26,325 nt of DNA. It comes from Candidatus Muiribacteriota bacterium. Its GTDB lineage: Bacteria; Muiribacteriota; Muiribacteriia; Muiribacteriales; Muiribacteriaceae. Of the stretch, positions 17,811-26,325 are shown piece by piece; position 1 is the first letter of the stretch; every line of letters begins with the position of its first letter. A model generated the notes under the pieces. That model saw only the letters and a program-made list of their open reading frames with translations. It had not been told where the DNA came from and made no database searches. Both the position numbers and the translations under genes were made by a program. The stretch spans positions 1 to 26,325 of the forward strand of contig JBNJGP010000037.1 in assembly GCA_051747805.1 (NCBI GenBank), written 5' to 3'.

Positions 17811-20047
17811 AATGAAAAACCCTCTCTGTCTAAATAATTTTTTATTTTATCTGATAAACGTGGAGTTGATTTTATTTTTTCGCTAAAATAATCCAGTTTT
17901 TCAAAATCACCTCTTTTATCCGCACAATACCAACCATAAAAAAGCACTTTGTCAATATCTTTATAATGAGAAACTTCATAAAAATAATGAAGCGCCTCTT
18001 CAAAACGTCTCTGTTTATAATAAGAAAGTGCAATACTGTATAAATCCGCCTTTTTCGTGATTTTCAGGCTTAAATCATCAACATTTGCAAAAGCATCTGT
18101 TGTTTTAGAGTTAAAAATATAAATCTTTCTCTCATCACCTATATTTATTCCCATAGGATTTACAAAATCAATATCACGGTCTCCAAACTGACCATAAACA
18201 GATATAAAGTCCCCGGTAATATCAAAAATCTGCACCCGGCTTCTTGCATAATCATTTACAAAAATAAGCCCCTCGTTTGAAATAGCAAAGGTAAATCTAC
18301 CTGTAAAAGTTCCCTCACCCGCACCGGGACGCCCAAATTCTGTGACAAATTCTCCGTTTTTATTAAATTTCTGTATTCTATTATTTCCAATATCAGCAAC
18401 ATAAAGGTTATCATTAAAATCTACCGTAATAAAGAATGGATTTCGAAACTCTCCTCTACCGCTTCCCGAATCTAATCTAAAGTCACCAACAGTATCTCTG
18501 TTTGTACCAAAACTTTTCTGCAAAGTTCCCTCGCTGTTATATTTTAAAACCCTGTGATTATATCTGTCCAGAATATAAATATTATTTTCTGAATCCAGGG
18601 TAAAATAATCAATTTTAACCTCAATATCAGGTGATTTTTCGGCAGAAATATCATAGTTTACATTTAACTTTCTACCATCCATTTCATTGTACTGCAACCT
18701 CATAGTATCTCTATTCACAAAAAGCATATGACCATTTTCATCAACTGCAATATTTGACGCTGTATTCTGACCTGATGGTACATTTGATAACATCTGTTCA
18801 ATATCATATTTTATTACACGCTGCCCTTCGGGTGAAACAATAAAGAGACCGTCTCCACTATCCGCAATTATGCCAAAAGTATAGTCAAGATAATCTGATA
18901 AAATATTATATTTACGAATAAAATCTCCTGTATAAGTAAAAGTCTGCATCCTTGAACCATCATCATCAAGCACGAAAAGAAACCCAAGTTCGGGAAGTCC
19001 AAATATAAGCTCGGGCGAGTTCAATTCACCGTCATCTGAACCGTACTCACCGAATTTTCTGACAAAATTCCCATCTTTATCAAAAACCTGAACACGATGC
19101 CCGCTCTTTTCAAGCACAAATACAAGTCCAGTTTCATCTCCCCACACACTTACCGGCCTTACAAACTGCCCGTCGCCAGTTCCTTCAGCTCCGACAGCCT
19201 TAATTAATTCTCCATTCTCTGAATTAACAATCTGAAGCCTGTTATTATCATAATCTGCCAGATATATTCTTCCCTCAAGTAGAGTTATATCAAAAAAAGA
19301 ACCCAGTCTTCCTTCCCCGCTTCCAGGCTTCCCGAATTCATACATCAAATCACCATTTCTCATATCAAAAACATACATTGTATGATTGTTTACGTCGGCG
19401 ACAGCAAGAATTTTATCCTTATAATTAGCTTCTAATCTTATATCACCAGAAAAATCACCTCTGAACTCTCTTACTTTTCTAAACTCACTTGTAAACACCT
19501 CTATAATACCATCTTCATAATTTAAAATAAAAATATTTCCCCGGTGATCAATAGAAATTCTGTAATTTCCTTTTCTTTCTTCAATTGGTTTTCCCTCAAA
19601 TATGCGACCTGTAATATCAAAATTTTTATCTGTTCTATAAATAATCTGCTGACGACTGTCTAATACAAAAAAAGACCCCTCCCTGTAATGAATTGCACTT
19701 GGCTGGGGAAGTCCTGTATTAAATTCATCAACTAATTCACCTGTTTGAGAATATTTTCTAATATTTCTTGAATTAGGGTCAATTAAATAAATATTTCCCC
19801 CTTCATCAACGGGAATATTAAGTGTTTCAAAATCTGTTCTGAAATCTTCTACTTTAAATTCCTCTATAAGCTCAAGTCCAATGTACTGCTCTTGTGAATT
19901 CTCATCAAGAAGTGGCAAATCTCGCCCTGTGAAGTCTGAAGGCTTCCTATCCTCTTTTTCTGTCTGTTGCTCTTTTTCCTCCCCGCAGCCAGCAAGTAAA
20001 AAAACAAGTACAATTAAAAGAAGTTTTATTTTTTTATCAGAAAACAT
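17807..20047 (-). CDS. NHL-repeat (beta-propeller) lipoprotein with C-terminal TPR-like helix
   Basis: Repeated G..G.G.G.F..P...IY.AD..N.RIQ.F units; lipobox LLAG-C. Start placed at ATG 20047 (GAGAGG SD), not 20251. Confidence 0.85.
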   Translation of the reverse strand: MFSDKKIKLLLIVLVFLLAGCGEEKEQQTEKEDRKPSDFTGRDLPLLDENSQEQYIGLELIEEFKVEDFRTDFETLNIPVDEGGNIYLIDPNSRNIRKYSQTGELVDEFNTGLPQPSAIHYREGSFFVLDSRQQIIYRTDKNFDITGRIFEGKPIEERKGNYRISIDHRGNIFILNYEDGIIEVFTSEFRKVREFRGDFSGDIRLEANYKDKILAVADVNNHTMYVFDMRNGDLMYEFGKPGSGEGRLGSFFDITLLEGRIYLADYDNNRLQIVNSENGELIKAVGAEGTGDGQFVRPVSVWGDETGLVFVLEKSGHRVQVFDKDGNFVRKFGEYGSDDGELNSPELIFGLPELGFLFVLDDDGSRMQTFTYTGDFIRKYNILSDYLDYTFGIIADSGDGLFIVSPEGQRVIKYDIEQMLSNVPSGQNTASNIAVDENGHMLFVNRDTMRLQYNEMDGRKLNVNYDISAEKSPDIEVKIDYFTLDSENNIYILDRYNHRVLKYNSEGTLQKSFGTNRDTVGDFRLDSGSGRGEFRNPFFITVDFNDNLYVADIGNNRIQKFNKNGEFVTEFGRPGAGEGTFTGRFTFAISNEGLIFVNDYARSRVQIFDITGDFISVYGQFGDRDIDFVNPMGINIGDERKIYIFNSKTTDAFANVDDLSLKITKKADLYSIALSYYKQRRFEEALHYFYEVSHYKDIDKVLFYGWYCADKRGDFEKLDYFSEKIKSTPRLSDKIKNYLDREGFSL

Positions 20048-21137
20048 AATCTGTCCTCTCAAAGCTAAAAAAATAAATTTTATTTTCATCTGGCGCAGAA
20101 ATATATAGCTTATCACCCGAAAGATGAACATCCTCAGGCTTAAAAGGAAGTTTAACTCTGGCGGTGTATTTTTCATCTTTATCAGACATGAAAACTGCCT
20201 TATCCTTTTGTGAGGCAACAGCAACAAAATTTGAATCAACAGATATACCAACTGGTCTGTTTATATATTCACGTCCAAACCTTAAATATTTTACAAAACC
20301 GCCAAATCTATCAAAAACCTGCACCCTGTTATTACGATAGTCTGAAACATATATATGGTAATCAAGGTCAACTGCAATATACCGTGGCTTATTAAACTGT
20401 TTAATACCTCTACCAAAATTACCAAAAGATAAAACATAATTACCATTAGCATTAAACTTCTGCACTCTGTTATTCTCTGTATCAGCAACATAAATATTTC
20501 CGGAAAGGTCAAGAGCAAGACCGTGTGGATAATTAAATTCACCTCTATCCTGACCAGAACCACCCCATCCGGATAAATAGTTTCCATCAATATCAAATCT
20601 GGCTATTCGATGATTATCAGTATCAGCAACATAAATAAACCTGTTAACGGCAACTCCCACCGGTTTATTAAATTGTGCTCTCAGCTCCTGTATAGAGGAG
20701 GCCCAGCCAAACTTTCCGAATTCAAACCTGAAATTATGATTACGGTTAAAAGACTGCACCCTGTTATTCATTTTATCTGCGACAAATAATCTACCAAAAT
20801 AATCTACAAATATACCACCCGGAGAGTTAAAAGCTCCCTGAGTAACACCGCCCTGCCCTATCGAATCAAAATCAGGTTCAGAATTAATATTTATAACTCT
20901 TAATCTCAGCCCTGAAAGATCCTCTTTTTCAACTTCATATTCAACTTCAGCACTATCATTAACAAAAGAAAGTATTTCACGATAATCTTTTGAAAGCAGA
21001 GAAATGAACATCCCATTTTCTTTTGCGTCAAAACTCAGTATCCGGTCTTCAAAAGAGATATTTTCTATCAAATTAGAAGCATAAACTGAGTTAATCTGTA
21101 AAAATATAAAAATAAAAATTAAAAATTTTTTTATCAT
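20037..21137 (-). CDS. Secreted NHL-repeat (6-bladed beta-propeller) protein
   Basis: FN.P.G.A.D..GNIYVADT.NNRVQKF repeats; signal peptide MIKKFLIFIFIFLQINSVYA. Start placed at ATG 21137. Confidence 0.87.
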   Translation of the reverse strand: MIKKFLIFIFIFLQINSVYASNLIENISFEDRILSFDAKENGMFISLLSKDYREILSFVNDSAEVEYEVEKEDLSGLRLRVININSEPDFDSIGQGGVTQGAFNSPGGIFVDYFGRLFVADKMNNRVQSFNRNHNFRFEFGKFGWASSIQELRAQFNKPVGVAVNRFIYVADTDNHRIARFDIDGNYLSGWGGSGQDRGEFNYPHGLALDLSGNIYVADTENNRVQKFNANGNYVLSFGNFGRGIKQFNKPRYIAVDLDYHIYVSDYRNNRVQVFDRFGGFVKYLRFGREYINRPVGISVDSNFVAVASQKDKAVFMSDKDEKYTARVKLPFKPEDVHLSGDKLYISAPDENKIYFFSFERTDYVF

Positions 21138-21147
21138 AATTTTAACA

Positions 21148-21176
21148 ATGATAATATATGTTAAATATATTATCAA
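21148..21176 (-). promoter_or_regulatory. Sigma70-like promoter overlapped by an 11-5-11 palindrome
   Basis: Minus strand TTGATA-N17-TATCAT, 10 nt before ATG 21137; arms TGATAATATAT / ATATATTATCA. Confidence 0.5.
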
Positions 21177-21198
21177 GTTAATTTGTACAAACCCTTGT

Positions 21199-22947
21199 TT
21201 AGTCCCCTATCTTAAATAATTCCTCTTCACTATCCACGATAATATCATCATCTATAAGAAATATCTGAACAAGCTCTGGATTTAGCGGAGCAGATATTAC
21301 CGGTCGTCTAAAATTAAATCTGTAGAAACCTGCTTTATTACGGTTAATTAAATTATAAAGTTCTTCAACACTTTTTTGAGTGGGGTTTATAAAAACACCA
21401 CCACCCGTATAAAGGGCAAGTTCCTTTAATAAATCAACTCTAGCCTCCTCTGAAAAATTAACAGCATAAAAGGGAATTCCTCTGTTAACAAGTATTCCGC
21501 GTGCTTTTTTCAAATCATGTTTTGAAACAGGCTGAACATCTCCCTCATAACGCTGGTCAATACCATCTGTAAATGCAATAATACTTTTTTGACCCTTAAC
21601 TTCGTGAAGCTTCATTGAAGAAAAAATAAGAGAATCATAAAAGGCTGTCGAGCCCCGGGGGCGAACTCTATCTCCGAAAAGATAAACATCTATATTTGAA
21701 CCAAATTTTGAAAAAACATACGGCCTGGAATCAAAAGTAATAAGTGAAAAAGTATCATAATAATTCTTTTGGTTTACAAATTCTTTAAGAAAATTCAGAA
21801 CTTCTTCCCATTGGCTTTGCATGGAACCCGATTTGTCAACAAGTATAAGATTACAGGAAGGGTCAAAAATAAACTCAAAATCAAAAGGAATAATTTCTGT
21901 TTTTATGCTTGCTCTTATATCATCTAGGTCGGGACCTTTAATATTTTCCCCGTTTTCATAGCCATATGCAGTAAAAGTAACAAGAGGATGTTTTGAAATA
22001 ACTTCCTCAAGATTCACTTTAAAAGAGTCAAGGCGTGAATCTATTGTTTCAGGGAAAAATCTATCACTTTTTTTTATATTAATTGTTTCTTCAAGATTTA
22101 AAGTATCCCCCTTTCTATTGATACTGATTGTAACCTCGCGGGTTCTAGCATCAGTAAATAAAAAAGGGTCGTCCACAATAACTGAAAATCTGTCTCTTAA
22201 GTTTTTTGAAACAAACTCCTTCGCCTGCTCAATATTTTCAAAAATTTCTCCCTCGGTTTCAGAAGTTATTTTTGAAAGTGTATGCATATCAACTCTCTGA
22301 TTTTGAGGAAGCAAAGCTAAAACTTTAATATTATCCTCTTTAAGTTTATTAATTACGTGTTCAAGCCCAAATTTACTCATTCGAGTTTCCTGCCCAATAT
22401 TCACCTCATCGATTCCATCAGTTATTACAAAAACAAACTTTTTTTGAAGAGGAGAAGTTTGAAGTTCTTCAGCTGCATAATAAAGAGAATCATAAAAGGC
22501 AGTTGAACCTTTAAACTCAAGCTCTTCTATCAAATTATAGGTATCGGGTTCAGCATCTTCAATTGTTTTAAAAAAATTAATCCTGTTATTAAAATAGCAA
22601 TAAACTCTATGTGAGTTCTCGGGTATTAAGCTTATGGCTTCAAAAAAAAGTTCTCTTGATTTTTCTTCATGACCTCTCAGACTTTTACTTCTATCAAGAA
22701 TAACTGCCACTCCTGCCGGCTCTTTATCGTGAATTACTTCTGCGTCGGCAACAGCAGTATAAAATAATTTAAAATTATCCTGGTTGTAATTATTTAAAGT
22801 ATTTCCATCATCAGTTAAAGCCCTTATATCCCATTCAAATTCAGGTTCTTTATAATTGAAATTATCTGTTCCAATTATAACAGCAAATAAATTTAAGCTC
22901 ATAAGCATTATAATACAAAAAGGAAAGATTTTTTTTATCAAAGACAT
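21199..22947 (-). CDS. Secreted protein with two von Willebrand factor A domains
   Basis: Two MIDAS motifs (ILDRSKS, LVDKSGS), GSTAFYDSL twice, ITDG/FTDG; N-terminal signal peptide. Confidence 0.85.
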   Translation of the reverse strand: MSLIKKIFPFCIIMLMSLNLFAVIIGTDNFNYKEPEFEWDIRALTDDGNTLNNYNQDNFKLFYTAVADAEVIHDKEPAGVAVILDRSKSLRGHEEKSRELFFEAISLIPENSHRVYCYFNNRINFFKTIEDAEPDTYNLIEELEFKGSTAFYDSLYYAAEELQTSPLQKKFVFVITDGIDEVNIGQETRMSKFGLEHVINKLKEDNIKVLALLPQNQRVDMHTLSKITSETEGEIFENIEQAKEFVSKNLRDRFSVIVDDPFLFTDARTREVTISINRKGDTLNLEETINIKKSDRFFPETIDSRLDSFKVNLEEVISKHPLVTFTAYGYENGENIKGPDLDDIRASIKTEIIPFDFEFIFDPSCNLILVDKSGSMQSQWEEVLNFLKEFVNQKNYYDTFSLITFDSRPYVFSKFGSNIDVYLFGDRVRPRGSTAFYDSLIFSSMKLHEVKGQKSIIAFTDGIDQRYEGDVQPVSKHDLKKARGILVNRGIPFYAVNFSEEARVDLLKELALYTGGGVFINPTQKSVEELYNLINRNKAGFYRFNFRRPVISAPLNPELVQIFLIDDDIIVDSEEELFKIGD

Positions 22948-22954
22948 AATTATG

Positions 22955-22983
22955 ATAATAATTAATTATAAGTTAAAAATCAA
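22955..22983 (-). promoter_or_regulatory. Putative sigma70 promoter giving a leaderless VWA transcript
   Basis: TTGATT-N17-TATTAT, 7 nt before ATG 22947, no SD. Context is very AT-rich. Confidence 0.35.
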
Positions 22984-22988
22984 GAATT

Positions 22989-25247
22989 TCAGAGTAGCTC
23001 TTTAATTACGTTTTCCATACCTCTAATGGAAAAAGGTTTAGAAAGAAAACTATCAAACCCCTTTTTAATTAAATTATCTCTGTTATAATCTGCAGCATAT
23101 GCGGTTAAAGCAATAACTTTTAATTTCAATTTAAACTTTTGTTTTAATTTTTGAAGCTTTTCAAATGTTTCTAAACCGTCCATTTGCGGCATCTGTATAT
23201 CAAGTAAAATTAAATCAATATTTTTATTATTCTCAATAAATTCCAGAGCCTTCCTTCCAGAATCACATCCATAAGTTGTATATCCTTTCTCTTTCAAAAA
23301 AAGTTCAGAAACTTCAAGGCTTTCTTCATTATCATCAACCACCAGCACCTTAATATTTTTATTTTTTAAAGAAAAATCTTTTTTATCTAGATTCTCAGCA
23401 GGACTTAGAGGGCATTTTTCAGTGCTTTCAAGCTCAACAATAAAACATGAACCTTTATTTTTTTCAGATTCAAAGTCTATTTTTACTTTTAAAAAATCGG
23501 CAAGCTTTCGTGCAATAGATAATCCAATTCCCAACCCTTGATATCTTTTAGAATAAGTTTCTTCACCCTGAGTAAATCTTTTAAAAATAACTCTTTTATT
23601 TTTTTCATCTATTCCCTTGCCAGAATCTTTAACAAAGATTTTTATATTATTATTATTATCTCTAAAATATCCCAGCTTGACATAACCTTTATGTGTGAAT
23701 TTAAAAGAGTTTGAAAGAAAATTAAAAATAATCTGTTTTAATCTTGCTTTATCAGTATAAACATAATTCTTCCCCCGCTCCCCTTTTTCATATATAAACT
23801 GAATATTTTTATTAATATACTGTACAGGAAAAGTTTTTTTAACCTCTTCTAAAATATCATATACATCATAAACTGCCAGTTCAATATTAGTATTATTTGA
23901 CTCTATCCGAGAAATATCTATAAGGTCATTTAATAAATATAGAAGATGGTTAGAAGCAATTTTTATTCTATTTAAATAATTATTCTTCTCTTCTTTTGTA
24001 TTAACACTTTCCATTATTTCTGTAAATCCCATAATTGCGGTCATCGGAGTTCTTAATTCATGGCTGATATTTGCCAGAAAAGCTGTTTTTAACTCATCGG
24101 CCCGCTGAGCCCTGTTTTTAGCCTCAACAATAGCTTTAAGCAGTTTTTTTCTTGTTGCTATATTAAAAATTAAAAAGCCAAGAAGTAAAATTAAAATAAT
24201 AATAATAACCGTTATTATTATTATTATATTCTGATAATACTTATATGTAAAAACCTCTTTATTTATAACAGTACTGTTTCGGGGAAGCTCTGAAGATGAA
24301 ATACCCCATCTTCTAAGTTCATATGCATCAAATTGATAATAATCCGGTTTCTCAAAAAAAACAGGTATTTCAGAAGCATTAATCCCGGAATTAATAATTT
24401 GAATTCCAATTTTTGCCGCCTCCCAACCCTGAATTCTTCCAGAATTCAAATTACCGCCAATAATTCCATAACCAAGCCAGGCGTCTGCAAGACCATATAA
24501 AGGTGCATTTGATTTATCAGAAAGTTCAGGATAAAATTTTTCAAAGGGTATATATTCTCCATTTTTGTCACGCTGCCACACTGTAATCAAAACAATACTA
24601 TTATTTTTAACTTCACTGACTTTCTTTAAAAGCTCGTTATTTGAAAAATCATCTCCATTTAAATAAATAAAATTTAACTCAGGGAAATTATCTTCAACAT
24701 CTTTTACACTATGCCGTTGTGCCATTCCCGTTGCAGTGCTGTCAGAAATGACATGTACTGTTTCGATATTAGAATGAAAGTTTAAGGCAGTTAAAATAAT
24801 ATCTTTCACATCAGCTTTTTGAACATATCCTGTAAAATTTGATTTATCTGCCAAATCCCCATTTTTAAAATCATTAACCCCGCAGAAAACAACAGGAACA
24901 TCACCAAATATATTTGTTCTGTAATTAATTAAAAAATTAAGCGCATCATTATCCGAGGCAATAATTAAATCAAAATTATCTTTGGGATATTTTGTTTTAA
25001 GATACTTTTTAAAGTTAATTGAAAAATCTTCACTTTTAAAACGTTTTTTATCCATATATTCAATATAAATTTCAGAATTTTTTAAATTATTATTTAAAGT
25101 TTTAACAGCCGAATCTACTATGTTATCAGACCAGGCGTATCCATGATGAAAGGAATTTAAAAAAAGAATATTTTTATGGTTTGCTGAAGCAAAAATATTT
25201 ATAAAAAATAAAAAGCAAATTATTAAAATATATAAATTTTTTTTCAA
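22989..25247 (-). CDS. Hybrid sensor histidine kinase (extracytoplasmic substrate-binding-like sensor, TM, HisKA, HATPase, REC)
   Basis: ANISHELRTPM H-box, NFLSNSFKFT N-box, DSGKGI, GLGIGLSI; REC VVDDN..LLDIQMP..LTAY..KPF. Confidence 0.93.
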   Translation of the reverse strand: MKKNLYILIICFLFFINIFASANHKNILFLNSFHHGYAWSDNIVDSAVKTLNNNLKNSEIYIEYMDKKRFKSEDFSINFKKYLKTKYPKDNFDLIIASDNDALNFLINYRTNIFGDVPVVFCGVNDFKNGDLADKSNFTGYVQKADVKDIILTALNFHSNIETVHVISDSTATGMAQRHSVKDVEDNFPELNFIYLNGDDFSNNELLKKVSEVKNNSIVLITVWQRDKNGEYIPFEKFYPELSDKSNAPLYGLADAWLGYGIIGGNLNSGRIQGWEAAKIGIQIINSGINASEIPVFFEKPDYYQFDAYELRRWGISSSELPRNSTVINKEVFTYKYYQNIIIIITVIIIILILLLGFLIFNIATRKKLLKAIVEAKNRAQRADELKTAFLANISHELRTPMTAIMGFTEIMESVNTKEEKNNYLNRIKIASNHLLYLLNDLIDISRIESNNTNIELAVYDVYDILEEVKKTFPVQYINKNIQFIYEKGERGKNYVYTDKARLKQIIFNFLSNSFKFTHKGYVKLGYFRDNNNNIKIFVKDSGKGIDEKNKRVIFKRFTQGEETYSKRYQGLGIGLSIARKLADFLKVKIDFESEKNKGSCFIVELESTEKCPLSPAENLDKKDFSLKNKNIKVLVVDDNEESLEVSELFLKEKGYTTYGCDSGRKALEFIENNKNIDLILLDIQMPQMDGLETFEKLQKLKQKFKLKLKVIALTAYAADYNRDNLIKKGFDSFLSKPFSIRGMENVIKELL

Positions 25248-25402
25248 AATTTTTTAACCAAATTAATATTTTTTATACAAAACCAGCTACAAAGGCTTTT
25301 TAACAAAAATTTGCATCAAAGCTGTCAATTATAAATAATAAAGATTATAATCATAACAAAAATATTGAATATTTTTCAAACTTATGTTTAATTATTAAAT
25401 AT

Positions 25403-26050
25403 ATGAGAAATAAAAAAACTTACATGATTTTTATTTTTATATTTTTTACATATACTATCTTTTCGTTACAGATAGCCCGACTACAGTATGACGGTGGGGG
25501 TGATTGGTATAATGACCCCGATGTAATTCCCAACCTCACCAGTTATTTTAATAAACACGCAGGAACAACCTTTAAAAACGAGGAAGCCGTAGTCACTTTA
25601 AGAGACCCGGAACTGGCAAAATATCCATTTTTATATATGACCGGACACGGTAATGTAAGTTTTTCTACAAGAGAGCTTGAAACCCTTAGAGCTTATTTAA
25701 AGGCAGGCGGTTTTATTTATATTGATGATGATTATGGGATGGATGAATATATACGACCAATCTTATTTGATTTATTTAAGAATAAAGAACTTCACAGAAT
25801 TTATCCTGATCATGAAATTTACAGAAGTTTTTTTAATTTTGAAAAGCTTCCGAAAATTCACGAACATGACGGAAAACCGCCGGAAATGTGGGGAATTTTT
25901 ATTGAGGATAGACTTGCACTTGTATATACTTATGAAACAAATATAAGCGACGGCTGGGCTGGACATGATGTTCATCAGACCCCGTCTGATATTAGAGAAG
26001 AAGCCTTGAAGTTCGGAATGAATATTTATTACTATGCAATAACTAATTAA
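25403..26050 (+). CDS. DUF4159-like secreted protein
   Basis: IARLQYDGGGDWY, YPFLYMTGHG, GGFIYIDDDYG, PKIHEHDGKPP and DGW motifs, recalled as typical of this family; signal peptide. Confidence 0.75.
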   Translation: MRNKKTYMIFIFIFFTYTIFSLQIARLQYDGGGDWYNDPDVIPNLTSYFNKHAGTTFKNEEAVVTLRDPELAKYPFLYMTGHGNVSFSTRELETLRAYLKAGGFIYIDDDYGMDEYIRPILFDLFKNKELHRIYPDHEIYRSFFNFEKLPKIHEHDGKPPEMWGIFIEDRLALVYTYETNISDGWAGHDVHQTPSDIREEALKFGMNIYYYAITN

Positions 26051-26100
26051 GTTGAGTTTAGCAAAAAATAGAAATTTTAACCTGTAGACACTTAAACAAC

Positions 26101-26295
26101 AGTTAAGTTGGCTTAAACCAACAGTAAACGACCGAAGGTCGAGTGAAGTCGATTATCATCGACAGTAAAGTCAGCTAAAGCTGACAGCAAAAGATTAAAA
26201 CAAAAATACTGTAAATTTTAATTTACTTTACTGTTATCGTTAGATAACTTTACTATCACCTTTAGGTGATTTTACTAAGCTGAAAGCTTTTTACT
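26101..26295. repeat. Array of eight different 13/16-nt palindromes joined by 6-nt AGTAAA/TTTACT linkers
   Basis: Four hairpins with AGTAAA-type linkers (26101-26191), then four with TTTACT-type linkers (26205-26295). Confidence 0.9.
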
Positions 26296-26325
26296 TTTAT
26301 GTTGGCCTGACCACTCGCTTTACCG

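Noticed and set aside
20048..20251. 5' extension of the 814-aa NHL ORF
   Set aside because: Overlaps the upstream NHL gene by about 200 nt; the SD and lipoprotein signal support ATG 20047.
3781..25975. Short ORFs from the track (3781, 5154, 6079, 6573, 12797, 13646, 13846, 14503, 17129, 19881, 20210, 20291, 22118, 25722, 25772)
   Set aside because: Nearly all are antisense or off-frame shadows of well-supported genes; the one at 6573 is intergenic but has no SD or recognisable motif.
26101..26295. CRISPR array
   Set aside because: The constant part is only 6 nt, the variable parts are 13-16-nt palindromes, and no cas genes are present.

Overview
AT-rich bacterial chromosomal window, almost all on the minus strand, dominated by a chemosensory cluster: partial cheR, four MCPs, two cheW, a CheY-like receiver, a NarL-type regulator, a stand-alone Hpt protein, cheB and cheA. 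Upstream and co-directional are minD/minC (no minE), a TPR lipoprotein, two NHL-repeat proteins, a double-VWA protein and a hybrid histidine kinase; a DUF4159-like gene is divergent. Top finding: a tyrosine recombinase gene and its sigma70-like promoter sit between a perfect 28-bp inverted repeat (9750-9777 / 10866-10893), 91 bp upstream of a cheW-mcp-cheY-like unit that ends in a terminator. This looks like a self-inverting 1.14-kb phase-variation switch for a chemoreceptor module. Second finding: a dispersed intergenic element of different 13/16-nt palindromes strung on a constant AGTAAA/TTTACT linker (26101-26295), with an internally deleted inverted copy between cheA and cheB and a possible divergent relative near 255-400. 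All calls are from motif reading by eye; no database searches were run.
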